DNA from: Phoronis australis
Taxonomy: Eukaryota; Animalia; Phoronida
NCBI GenBank assembly: GCA_002633005.1
Contig: NMRA01000142.1
Location: 540,860 to 604,859 of the forward strand
DNA length: 64,000 nt
Direction of reading: 5' to 3'
The position numbers and the translations under genes are program-made. Positions 1 through 11,500 of the stretch are shown here, piece after piece. How positions within the stretch are numbered: the stretch's first letter is position 1; the number at the start of each line of letters is the position of its first letter. Under the pieces are notes generated by a model. The model was not told the origin of the DNA. It worked only from the letters and a program-made list of their open reading frames with translations, and ran no database searches.

Positions 1-886
1 GCAATGCAAGTTCCTGTTATTATTCGTATAGTCCGTGCCACGCGTCGAAATTTCTCCAGAGGCTGAAAAGATATATTTATGAGACAGCTTGGTTGGGGAC
101 CTGCATCTTATTTTCATTACTGCCAGAAAGTTTTCATATTCTTCAATCAATCCACAATTTCAGTTATAGAATGTGTCGATACCTCATAATTATTACCTTT
201 AATTCTGGTCTGCCTTTCGATTTCGAATTTCCTAACGATCCAACGCTGAGAGAACTATACTGGTGGCTGTGACGTCGTCTCGAGTGCCTCATTTTTCTTA
301 CAAAAGTAGCTGCAGCATCGATGTTAAAACTTTTTCGGCGACGAGAAGAGGGAGTTGAATCATTTTTGCTTGCCCCCGCTGCCACAGACAAAGTTTTTCT
401 GGTGCGCGAAGTACGTGGCGAAACACCCGTTGAAGCGGTGGTTTCTGTCTCGTCCAAACTTAAAATTCGGGCGCCCGTTTGCCGGCCTTTTTCGCTTTCT
501 AAAGCAGTGTTGTTTATTGAAAAACTTGTTGTTGGAGAAATGTCGGCCACCTGCCGAGGTGAAAAACGCGGCGATGTGCTAGACAGCGAATCCCTCGGAG
601 ACGGGCCGGGAGAAAGAACCGAACCTTCCCGAAGTGACGTCAATTTGCCTAATGAGACGTCGGAACAATCGGATGGACGACGATTGAAGATATTTGGCAC
701 TAATAAATGTATGTTCGACGTTAGCGTATCGCCGGTCCAGGTTCTCCGTCTGTCTCGTCCGTGAGACTGTGGCACGTCCAAACGTGGCAATGTACGAGCC
801 AAACTGGCACCCAGTGCCAACTTCATACCTGAAGGATTGCCAGACTCGCCTCTTCTGTAAACGTCCATCGACACGCTTGGAAACAT
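1..886 (-). CDS. 5' part of a multi-exon gene, tentatively cyclic-nucleotide-binding-domain (CNBD1/2-like) protein; continues off the left edge
   Basis: Exon 886..197 (ATG at 886, Ser/Arg-rich MFPSVSMDVYRR...SKGRPELK, donor AAG|GTAATA), intron 196..63 ending tcttttcag, then in-phase exon 62..<1 PLEKFRRVARTIRIITGTCIA. The KFRRVAR helix resembles invertebrate CNBD-like proteins from memory; no cNMP domain lies inside the window. Confidence 0.55.
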
Positions 887-2339
887 TTCGAAATTCTCTC
901 TTTTAACCAACTCTCTTCACTAGATCGACCCCAGCAAACCAACTATCATTTATAAATAGCAAAAGATCTGTTTTTACGGCAACCCCGTTATTCACTAATC
1001 ACAAACATTGCTCAGCATCGACTTGGTTTCCTCATAGCTCCAGACTATTTCTATGATAGGTGCTCTTTCATCCACTAAGTATAACTCGAATATAAATTAG
1101 ACAGGTTCATTTTGTTAAAAGCAATCGCCCACAGTTTATCTTTAAATGTTTATTCTTGATACGACTAAGAAAGAACAAGCAAGCATGTCTGAGTCTTGTT
1201 AAAATTACGTTAGAAATTAATCGTCGTGTTTGGCCCCGCTGGCTTCAGCTGAAATGCATTTTAATAATTTAAAATATTCAAAATCATGTCTCTAATATAG
1301 CAATAACAATTCTAATATAGTATTTTAAAACCCATTAGGACAAAGTAATTAAGAATCACATTTAAAAGAGAACGCCAGGCAATTGAGTTTTTGCAATCTT
1401 GTTGACTGAAATGAGTAGATTATTCACTGAACCATGTACAACAAATCATGTGCCATTTAATATCAAGTTTATGCAAGATATTATAGCTTGCGCACTGGAC
1501 CTGTTGAATTCCCATGAGTTGGTGAGGCGAGTATGACTATCAAAGTTGGCCTGCCGCTTGTATTATGTTATCGAACTGAAATATTGCAAACAAACACCAG
1601 TTTGATAAACTCATAGACTTGACCAGTCGTGGAAACAAATGGTGTTTTGATTAAGTTGCGATTGTATTATCGACATGGAAGAAGTCTCTTTCATAAAATG
1701 GGAGGAAAATAAAGATTACATTGCGTTACGCTTTGCTTTCAACTGTCACGTTTTGAAATAAATTAACTGCGCTGGGACTCTTTTCTGTGGTTGCGCAAAT
1801 ACACTTGCAAGGATTTCCAGTCTGACGGTTTGTACTGACATCTATCGAGTGTATCAGACAACATGCCCTGAAGCACGGCGTGAGATTTTGGTTGTCGAAT
1901 ATTTGCTGCACAGTGTCGTATTATATGTATAGAGCCTAATCGACATTACTTTTACTATATTTCATTCAACGTTGGAAGACAGGGACATTGATTCAAGAGT
2001 ACCTGCGATAGAAGTTAGTAGGCTTATTTCTGTATCCATTCTGAACATATAAGCGCATGTGCTCAAAGGGAGCTCCGAAAATGAGGGTGGGCTTATAACA
2101 AGCTGGGCCTTCGTGTGTAAGCCTGTGGCAAGGTATTAAACATTCACGGATAAGCCCGTGGGTTGCATCACACATTCAATGGACGCGCACTGTCGCGATT
2201 CGGTTTTTCTGGTTAAATTGCGATAACCTGTCTGGCGATAGAGCGCAAGCGAAACAAGAGGCCGATTTCATGACGTAGTGGGCTGAGTAATAAGCGAGAG
2301 TTAGCTTATACCCTAGAGGGTGGACTCATACGCGAGAAT

Positions 2340-2570
2340 AACTCAAAAGTGGGGACTTGTGTATAACTAGGGGTGCTTATAACTGGGGTTGTGTTTATAT
2401 CTAGGGTTGTGCTAATAACTGAGGGTGTGCTTACACTGGCAACTAGGATGTGCTTATAACTGGGAGGGATGCTTATAACTGGGTGTGTGCTAAAACTATA
2501 GATGTACTTATAAATGAGAATGTGCTTATAACTGGGGTGTGCTTATAACTGGGGGTGGGTTTATACCAGA
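2340..2570. repeat. Degenerate ~16-17 bp tandem array (GGGGTGTGCTTATAACT-like), probably DNA-transposon subterminal repeats
   Basis: About a dozen copies of ggg(t)gtgcttataact variants; related gggtgggcttata at ~2084-2096. Confidence 0.7.
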
Positions 2571-3643
2571 GCAAGATCTTCCAGCGCCTCATTGTGCGTG
2601 AGTGGATTTTGTATGAATGTTCACAGATGACAAAAAGCCATGAACTCAGGTGTGAGTTTAACTTTTAATTCAGCGAATGTTGTTCTCAACTTCCTATAAT
2701 GTTTGATACAGTATTTAGCAGACAGAAAACGAATAACGAATTAAGCTTTTGCTCATAAAATTGAACAATTCAGGGTCGGGTGAGGGTAGAAATGCTTTTT
2801 ATCCCGGAGGGCAAACTGCCTCATGCTAAGAATTTCAACTTGACTGCTAAACGTTTCTTTTACGGATTATATTGAATTGTAATACAAAGAATAATCAGTG
2901 GCGTGTTTCAAAGGGACACTCTTGTCGAAAATAACAATTTTACAGAAGTTATTTCAATTTGTTATAAAAATCACAAGAACAGTGGATTTTGTGGTTTTAT
3001 ACCACTGGTCAAAGCTAATCACTTTGAATGGTCTATCCCATCCAACAATAATTCAAAAACTGCGTTTTCTCCACAAAAACAATAATGTCCCTTTAAATTA
3101 ATTTGTTCATTTATGTTCAAATAACGCGGAGTGGTTTGGTGAACATCAGCACAACATGCTATCATACACACTTCTTAAGCAATTTCATCCAGTGGTAAGT
3201 AATCCTGGTGGAAATAGTGGTGTTTATTTATTATAGTGACAAGTACGTTGTTCAATAATACCGGCAACTTATGAACTACAATAACAATATGTACACAACC
3301 TGAATTGGGCTTGTTTGTCACTTTAGAATGAGACACACAAACAATTTACAAAGCAAATATAAATATTATAAATATTTTGGCAAATTGTCTAAGAAAATGC
3401 TTATATAATAACACTTCTGTATTACTTTATTCTCAACTAACCTGCTGCTTGTCAACGAATCGCATCTATTTTGACGAAATGTTCGGTTACAGAATGCACC
3501 TTGAAAACTAGGTGGCAATAGTACGTTGGTGGAACAAAACAGTGTTGTACATGCCATCCCATTTCGCTTACCTTTTCTTCGTGTTGCGTCATCTGTAAAA
3601 TGAAGGCACGCAAACTCATGAAATTTTTCGAAAGAAAAATCTT

Positions 3644-3716
3644 TGCCGAAACCTGGACTCGAACCAGGAACCCCTAGAGTTTCAGTCTAATGCTCTCCCA
3701 ATTGAGCCACTTCGGC
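3644..3716 (-). tRNA. tRNA-Phe (GAA), divergent copy or tRNA-derived element
   Basis: Reverse complement GCCGAAG TG GCTC AATTGGGA GAGC A TTAGA CTGAAAC TCTAG GGGTT CCTGG TTCGAGT CCAGG TTTCGGC A folds as a full 73-nt cloverleaf close to metazoan tRNA-Phe; a TTTTT Pol III terminator follows within a few nt. Confidence 0.8.
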
Positions 3717-3793
3717 TACTGGAGAAGTGTGTAGACTCAGTTTTTCTTGTTACTGAGTTCGCGGTGGTGGTGTAACTTGGTTAAAAATTTTCA

Positions 3794-4835
3794 TTAAAAA
3801 TCAAATAATAAATGCTCATTACGCAAGCAGCTGTCCATGTTTTCTGAAAATGTGGAATGTGCGCACGAATCTTGTGAGAAATTAATAAATTTCATTGCTA
3901 AAGCATTTATTAGTTGGATGAATGAGCCGAGCCAGCGATTGCACAACGTTCTCGATTCTGATGAAATCTCAATCTGCTTCTCGGACTTGATTCGTTTCCG
4001 TCGTTGACGGTATCGCTGATTGTGATTTCAAATATAAGTTAAAAACATTAAAGACCGGCAATTTATTATCCACCCGGTCTTATAGACAAAAAGGGATCGA
4101 GGAAACTCAAGTGAACACATATTCATTCGTACATTCTTGTATTCACTACGGCGCCGCTGTCTCTCCACCCTTGTCCTGCTTATTACGTCATTGACAGCGT
4201 CCCTGATTGAGCTGGCTTCTTGTTGTCTGCGAGTAGCCTGAAACATCAATCCAAGAGGACTAACATCACGGCTCTTTTGACCGGTCGAGTCTAACAAGAT
4301 CCTGTAAGTAGAATTGGAAGATCATCAGGCTAATAGTTAATAGAGTGACGTATACGCGATAGCGTAGTCCGTTTTTTGATTTATAGTTAAAATTTATGTA
4401 CTTCCAACCTGCGAAATTGTGTCTAGTCATTCCCAGGAATGGAATTGTTATTGAGCTTTTGTTTATCACCTTTTACTACGTATACACATACATATATTCT
4501 ATATACAGATCACAGTTATAGTGTTGCGATACGTCTTTAATGAAAATGCGTCTAATTTATTTTTTATGAAGCCAGATAATTTTCCATTAATTAATTACCT
4601 CTGAACAACTATCTAATTTAATTTAATCTAATCTAATCTAATTGTCAAAACCCTGAGAGGGGACCGTTGTGACGTTGACTAACCTTAAAGGCCTCTTGCT
4701 TCTCTTCGTGATCGAGGATATAGTGCTTCCGCCGGCTGATGTTTGCTGCTTGCCGTGCGTTCCTGTGGGTAACGCCCATGCTGACTTCGCCCCAGGGACA
4801 CCGTGACGTGTGAGGAGGTCGTGCTGTGTTTCCAT
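3794..4835 (-). CDS. Putative 3-exon orphan gene, ~180 aa basic protein
   Basis: Exons 4835..4684 (METQHDLL...KRPL, donor AG|GTTAGT), 4301..4133 (acceptor ttctacttacag; ILLDSTGQK...RRRSEYKN, donor GTACGA), 4015..3794 (acceptor caatcag; RYRQRRKRIKSEKQ...TAA). Phases are compatible; no recognisable domain. Confidence 0.5.
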
Positions 4836-7697
4836 GACACCAAACTAACAGTTTCGAAAACTGTCAATACAGTCAATGATGTTACAGTAACTAAAGTCAG
4901 AAACATGCAGTCAAACATTGGAGCATGATGGCCAGCTCCGGAACACCATATCTCAGAAATAGCTGATTGTATTCACACGAAACTTCCAGTTATCATGCTT
5001 TGTGCATTATTCTCCAAAACGCTGCTGAAATTTCTTTTCAGAAAAACTTCCACTTTTACGTGATGGGTATTAAAAATGAATTATTCATGAACAAACTCTA
5101 AACTTACATAAACGGTAAATAAGATGGCATTTTAGAAAACAATAACAGCGTTTTGAAATCTCGTCTCCACCATTCACATCAAATGAAATGTTATCATCTT
5201 ATTGATAATGTTTTTGCTCAGTATCAATTTCCTTCCTTTTTGTTAAATTTTATTTAAAAAAATTGGTCACGTGACCCAATTCAGGGCAAATTGGTGAAAT
5301 GTCAAAAATCGAATTCTACCAGCTTTCAACTTTCCGAGAATATACATTGTCACTGAGCTAAAATCTGTACTTTTGTAGACATTTGGCTAAATACGTAGAA
5401 TTGTCAGTAAGGTCCTACACTACTTAGCTACTATTTCACAAGAGACAAAGATTTCTGTTTTCACAGCTGTTTACATGAGATTCCTTTGAGCGTAAGAGCT
5501 GATTACAAAATCGTGATTCAAAGTTTCCCCATAATTTCCTGGTTACCGTGACGAGAAGGCACCGGATGAAGTTGTTTAGGCCCCAACTCCCAGAGAAGTT
5601 ACCACCTGTGTAATAATTGGCGTCTCTTACCTGATTACTGAATTCTTGCGTCTTCAAAATTTTACAATACAAAATCAAGCGACCAGGAATATCCTCTTCT
5701 TAAAACTACGGCAAATTGCGAATGATACAAGATAATTCTAATCGTATTACTTGTATTTGTTTAAACCTAATCTTTAAACTGACATCCTGATTTTCTATAA
5801 CCGTTCCGTTATCTTGCGAGATATGAGACGCTCCTTCAAGGCTTCGATTCAAAGCAGGTGGCGCCCCGGAGAAATTTTCATCAAGAATTAATTAAACCCA
5901 CGGAATGAAGGTTAGTACTGTTTTGTGCCGACCTGCACCACGTGTACACCCAGGGGGTATCGGGGGGCCCCCAATTGGCGAAGTGGGCAAAAAGGTACGC
6001 CCATGAGAGACAAAATGTCCGAGGAAATGGGAATGGGACAAAAGTCCAGTAAATAAGCGCAAACGCGCAATTCACAGGGGTGCTCCCGTTTTTTTTTTTT
6101 AGTCCGCCCGCTCTTTTGTTAGCAAAAGGTCCATAACGTCAGGAATTCGAGCCCCCCATTTTGAAGGCTGGGTGCGCGCATGCATGTATACTGTTTAAAG
6201 AGCTCATGGAAATTGACCGACGAATGCCCTGTACATGCAACGGGTAGATGCGAAATTGTGGCTTAGCGGATCGTTTGCTTTCCTATCCCCCGTCACCCCC
6301 ACAGGTTTTTCAGACTCATTTCCGCTGAGGCGTGCCCGAGCCGACCATGAGCGTTTCCTTGAGTGGACCTCTGTAGGTCTCTCAGTGCTTTTGTCCTTTT
6401 TGGATATGTTTGAGATCTCATTGTAAGTATGGCATGATTTGTAATAAAAAATTGAAGATATTAAACTGGAAATGACAGAGGAGATTAGGCGTGCGTTCAG
6501 TACACACTAGGACCTACCCTAGGACCTAGCTAAAAGCTAGTCAAAGTCACGTACTCTCATTTAAAATGCACGGCAATATCTCACGTAATCTCGCGAAGTC
6601 TTGCTTTTTAGCGAGGTCTTAGCTAAATTTCTGTAATGTCATTACACACTTCTACAGAACCACGACCCTTATACACCTAGCAATGCTTTCAAAGCAGCCC
6701 CACCGTCTAGATAATAAATGCTGTAACCCAGATTCACAAAGTCCAAAACGTCAGGTATGTTAATAACTAGTGATCGTAGCAGCATCTTGACCAGGACTAT
6801 CCTAGAACTGTGACGTGACTCTTTCCGTTTATATACAAAACATTCGACTGTGAGAACGACTTTTATATGACACATGCTGGTCAACAACAACCCTCAGCCG
6901 GTCTGCGAAGTTGTTTAGGTTTTTTTGTTTTTTACAAAATTCAACCTGTTTGCAAAATAAACATGCAATTTCATCACTCCTTACAACTTAAACATGAAAT
7001 ACGAGGATCAGATTGTCTCAAGATGCTCCGTGTCCACGTTAGCAATCAGCTCGGGATATTAGGAGTTCGGTGATCGTTTTTAAAATAAAAATAACGCGGT
7101 CAATCTTGGAACGCCGGGTTAGCCATCACTACAAAAGTGATGCTATCTTTTATTTGCTAATGCCTTAAATATTATACTTCAGACATGAAATGATGTGAAA
7201 TCAATGAGAAGCTTACAGTCTGTAAATTCTATAAGCATCTTTTTTCATTTTTATATCACTTTATACTTTGTTTTATTCGGTAACTTTCCTGTAATGGAAA
7301 ACAATTTCTTAGAATTTAACGACATAGAAAAGTTCGAGACGCGTTTTTTTGTGGTTGAGTACATGTGATTAGTAACACATGTCAGTCTTAGTTACTGTTA
7401 CTATGGACCCAACAATATTTAAGTGTTTTGGTGACGTTGTCGTCCAAACAAAGATTTTCTCGCTTTTCGTTTTTGTGTCGCTTTCACTGAACAGACACAA
7501 TGGCACACGTGATATTTAACTCTTACTCTGCTAGTTGTGTTTGCTGTTTCATTGTAATTGAAAACCAAAAGCGTTGTCAACGTATGCAAAGGTGTATTGC
7601 GCCTGTTTGTAATGGTCAGGACGCATCATATGGGAACTGAACGCAATTTGAACTACGTCAAGCTGTTACGGCGCAAGAACCAGAGCAAACGCCACAG

Positions 7698-7847
7698 CTG
7701 GGTTGCATAAAACTTCAAAATTATCCGCTGGATAAGTTTGATTGTTGCATGACGTCAGGCGCACTGTTCAACAACAACAACGCGGCGCGTGATAATGCGA
7801 CGTCATTGTTGCTATGCAACGTATAACGTTTACGCAGCTGAGCCCAG
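7698..7847. mobile_element. Short degenerate MITE
   Basis: Imperfect inverted ends ctgggttgcataaa ... tttacgcagctgagcccag with internal inverted gttgcat/atgcaac and tgacgtca/gacgtca. Confidence 0.4.
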
Positions 7848-8543
7848 TTGTTCAGGAACAGCTTGCAGAGTAGATGCAATTCGACACTGCAGTTTCTCTA
7901 ATACAGTAATTATATACAGCAAATTATACAACATCAACATGTTCGGCACTCAAGTCGCACTTTTGCACAGTCAGCACCGCAGAGTGGCGAAATCGAGAAA
8001 AAAAACAAGCCGGAGTTCATAAAAATGAACATCACTATTCGAAATAAAACACATCACAACTCACCACAATTTTAACACTTTAAAACTTAGTGTACGTATT
8101 AACCCTAACCTTCACAACGCCCATTACATCCGGACTTTTTCTTTCGTACTTCCAATATTCTTTATGGTTACTATGTTAATATTTCAAAAGCAAAAATGTT
8201 GCCTTTTAATAGAATAATAGGAACAAACGAGACATATTTGGGTAAAAAAAAAATTCACTGAAAATTCGCTCCGTGGAAGGATCTAGTCACGTTTCTAAAT
8301 GCTTTAAGGTTGTTGTGGTTACAGTACTTCGCAGAAAACATGTGGTCCATCATTCGCGACCTACAATTTACATAATTATACTGCACATGGCTATACTTCT
8401 AAAACGCTCCGTTAGTTTAAAATCTTGCACTTAAACCATAAAAGTAATAGTGTGCGACCTAGATTGTCCTTTCCGCGATAAAATGCTCTAAAAGGTCGAA
8501 GATGCTTTGCATTGTTGGTTGCTTCTTGCTAAAATACTGTTCA

Positions 8544-11500
8544 TCATCGCGTGCCCTCGGTGTTTGAGGTACACTTCTTGTAGAAGGGAACGGACAGTAA
8601 AGTGATGATCGACGCGATACCGATGAGTCCGGTCAAGGAGTAACACCAGTCCCAGCTTCCGGTACGGTCTCGGATGTAACCTACGGATATAATAAGAAAA
8701 ACTCAAAGTTTTTTGCCGCTACGTCACTTCCGTCCCAAAATGGGAAAGTATCGTTTTTTCCTATAGAAAGCTATTTGCCAAGTTTCATGAAAATACATTA
8801 ATGAACTCCGAAGGTACAGTGGCAAACGTACAAGAAGTAATTTGCTACTAAGGGGCACAGCAATAAACAGATCAGTTCACCACTATTATCCTTTGTCGTC
8901 GGCTCCATAGGAAAACAATTCTCAAATTTCGTGAAGCTCCCTCAAACGTTTTTATACCTAGTGGCGACTTTTTGTGTCTGCGGTCGAATCTCTCGCCAAA
9001 AAGGAGATTCGGCAGCACACGCAAAAAATCGTCACTAGGAGACGACACAGTAGTCGGACCCGTCCGATAGTCAACGTCAGCCGTGATCTTTTGAGCGGTT
9101 CTGCAGATAGAGAACCTGACGCCAGAAAACGGACTCAAATATAACAAAAAATGGCCACTGGATGACGTAAAATACGTCCGAAAATGGAATGGCATCGTCG
9201 CCTCCTTAACTAAAAACCTATTTGCCAAAATTTCATGAAAATCCATCACGGAACTCCAAAGACACAGAGTCAAACGTAAAAACATAAATTGCCACAAGGG
9301 GCAGAGCCGAAATTCGTCGTAATCTGTCGTCAGCTTCATAGGGACACACCTGCTAAATTTCAATAGGCCTAAGATCCGGCAACTAAGGGGTTTAGGAGAG
9401 CAGCGGACGCCGGACAACGGACGCCTACTGAGACAGAGATGACTATCATATGCACCGGCATACAGAAATAGTGAAGTGAGAGAGTGAGACCAAATTTTAG
9501 ACTCGGGTCACTTTTCATTAAACCAACTTCGTCTTTGATTAGAGAGGGTTAAGCTACTCGCTATGTCATCGTGTTTTTAACGTATTCTCTCTAAGAACAC
9601 AAAATGCAACCAGAATCCCTTACTGCTGCATGAATTTTTAGAAATTTGCATTCTGAACGTCAAAATCAATACAAGGCTGAGGATCCAAACTTGTTGGCAA
9701 ATTCGAGTCTGATTCAGCACGTGGATAGCCTGCAATGTTCGAAATGTAGATTTCAACATTCAGTGGTTCGGAAAGCTGACACTTACACGGTTGAGAAGAC
9801 TGACTACAGAGTAAACTACAATGCAACATTTTCTAACTGATTCATATGGGAAATGGTTATTACTTTTTGATGGGCCTACTATGGACTTGTATAGACCTAC
9901 AGACCGTATTGTACCTGATATGATGGGGCCGCACAAGTAACCGGCCGACTGTAGCGTCAAGTTCATTCCCAGCGCAGACGACATGTTATCACTGTCCAAA
10001 ACTTCCAAAAGAACGGCCGCTTCCAGTAGAAAAAACACGGCAGCTGCCACCGATGCAAGTGTTTCCAACACCAGAATACCTGCGAATGTTGTTACAAATG
10101 TCCACGAGAATGTCAGAGCGATAATGACGACTAAACTGGCGACTTTCAAATGCAGTTTGCGCACGATGTTCAGCTTGGACAGCCAACCGATTAGGGGATG
10201 CACGAGTAATTCAGCGACTCCTGAGATAGAGAACAACATGGCAGCACTTTCCAATGAAATCCCAATGTCTGTACAATAAGCACCAATGAAAAAATGTGGC
10301 ATAGGCACTGCCATAACTGCGAGTATTGAATGAAATGCGTGCAACATAAACACTGGATTTGTGAACAAGGAACATTGTACGAGGCCATCTTTACCAAAAC
10401 ATGGGCGGTTTTCTTCCAAATTATCACATTCGTCGCTATTGGTATTTGCAGGTACAGCAATTGTAATGGAATGCGACATCGTCTTATTCAAGGCTCTGTT
10501 GCTATTCGAGTTCTTATTTGGCAATATCGCGCTGTGTGTCTGCAACCTGTGTATATTGCTATCCTGAGAAGAAAAACTGGAACGTCTGCTTGGATTTGAC
10601 TTCTGTTTCAAGTACTCCTGTATGTTCACGTTCCTGTGACGTTGCCTCCATTCCAGGAACATCAGTCTCAGTTGTTCGGCGTCGGCTGAAGCTCCATTCT
10701 GGAAAGTATACGCTCGTGGCCTGGGCGGACAATTGAAGAAATCGTCGGTCTCATTTTCACTGGGTTTTGGTGAACTAATGTTTTGCGTTGACGCGCTAAG
10801 TGCTTTTTGTTCAGCCGAAATCATTTTTCTAACTAGTAAGAGACGCGCATCGACAGGTTTCTCCACAGCTTTCGGAGAAATCCGCACGGATGATTTCTTC
10901 TTGAAAAACTCGAGAGGGCGTAACAAAGAAGCAAAAATAAAGTTGTGCAATTGCAGTCCTCCCAACAGCAGTAAACAGCCCGACAGTCCGTAGCTGGACG
11001 CAAGAGTTTCACTTAATATTGGGCCTATTACACTGCCACATCCAGAGCCCGTTCCTGCTATGGCAAATGCCAGCGTTCTCCTTTCGTCGAAATATTTTCC
11101 CAATAGTGTGAACGACGGAAAGTAGACAAACCCCATGCCAATTCCTGAAAACAAAACACCAAAATGTGTTACGTATTTCAATGCTGTACTTTTTTAATAG
11201 ATTCCTTGTGACAAAATGCTAATTTTCTCTAGCACGCAACCTTCAACGTGTGTTAAAGCAGAGGACTCACCAAACTGGTGCGTTTCGTTTCTATAAGATA
11301 CGCCTTGGTTTAAAAGTATCGCAAAGCCTCTTGCTCGTTCTACGGGAAATTTGGTCGCAAGCTCGTCGCATAGAGATCGGCAGATAGGCGTATCCATTGT
11401 TCACTTTGCTTTTCTTTCTTATGATAAGATAATGGTAAGCATTTATCGGTAACGGCTGATGTGCGCCCAATGTAAGAAATCCATGCGACCTGTATCGTTA

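Noticed and set aside
164-196. ORF end KVIIMR read as the start of a histidine-phosphatase RHG or GTPase G1 motif
   Set aside because: The donor at 183 gives a stop in the next exon, whereas the donor at 197 keeps the frame open, so VIIMR is intronic.
321-764. 147-aa plus-strand ORF
   Set aside because: Antisense shadow of the minus-strand exon; non-ATG start.
8872-9417. 181-aa ORF
   Set aside because: Lies in repeat-derived intronic sequence, TTG start, no protein-like features.
9760-11181. 473-aa ORF as a standalone MFS gene
   Set aside because: It is exon 4 of the SLC16 gene plus read-through into both flanking introns.
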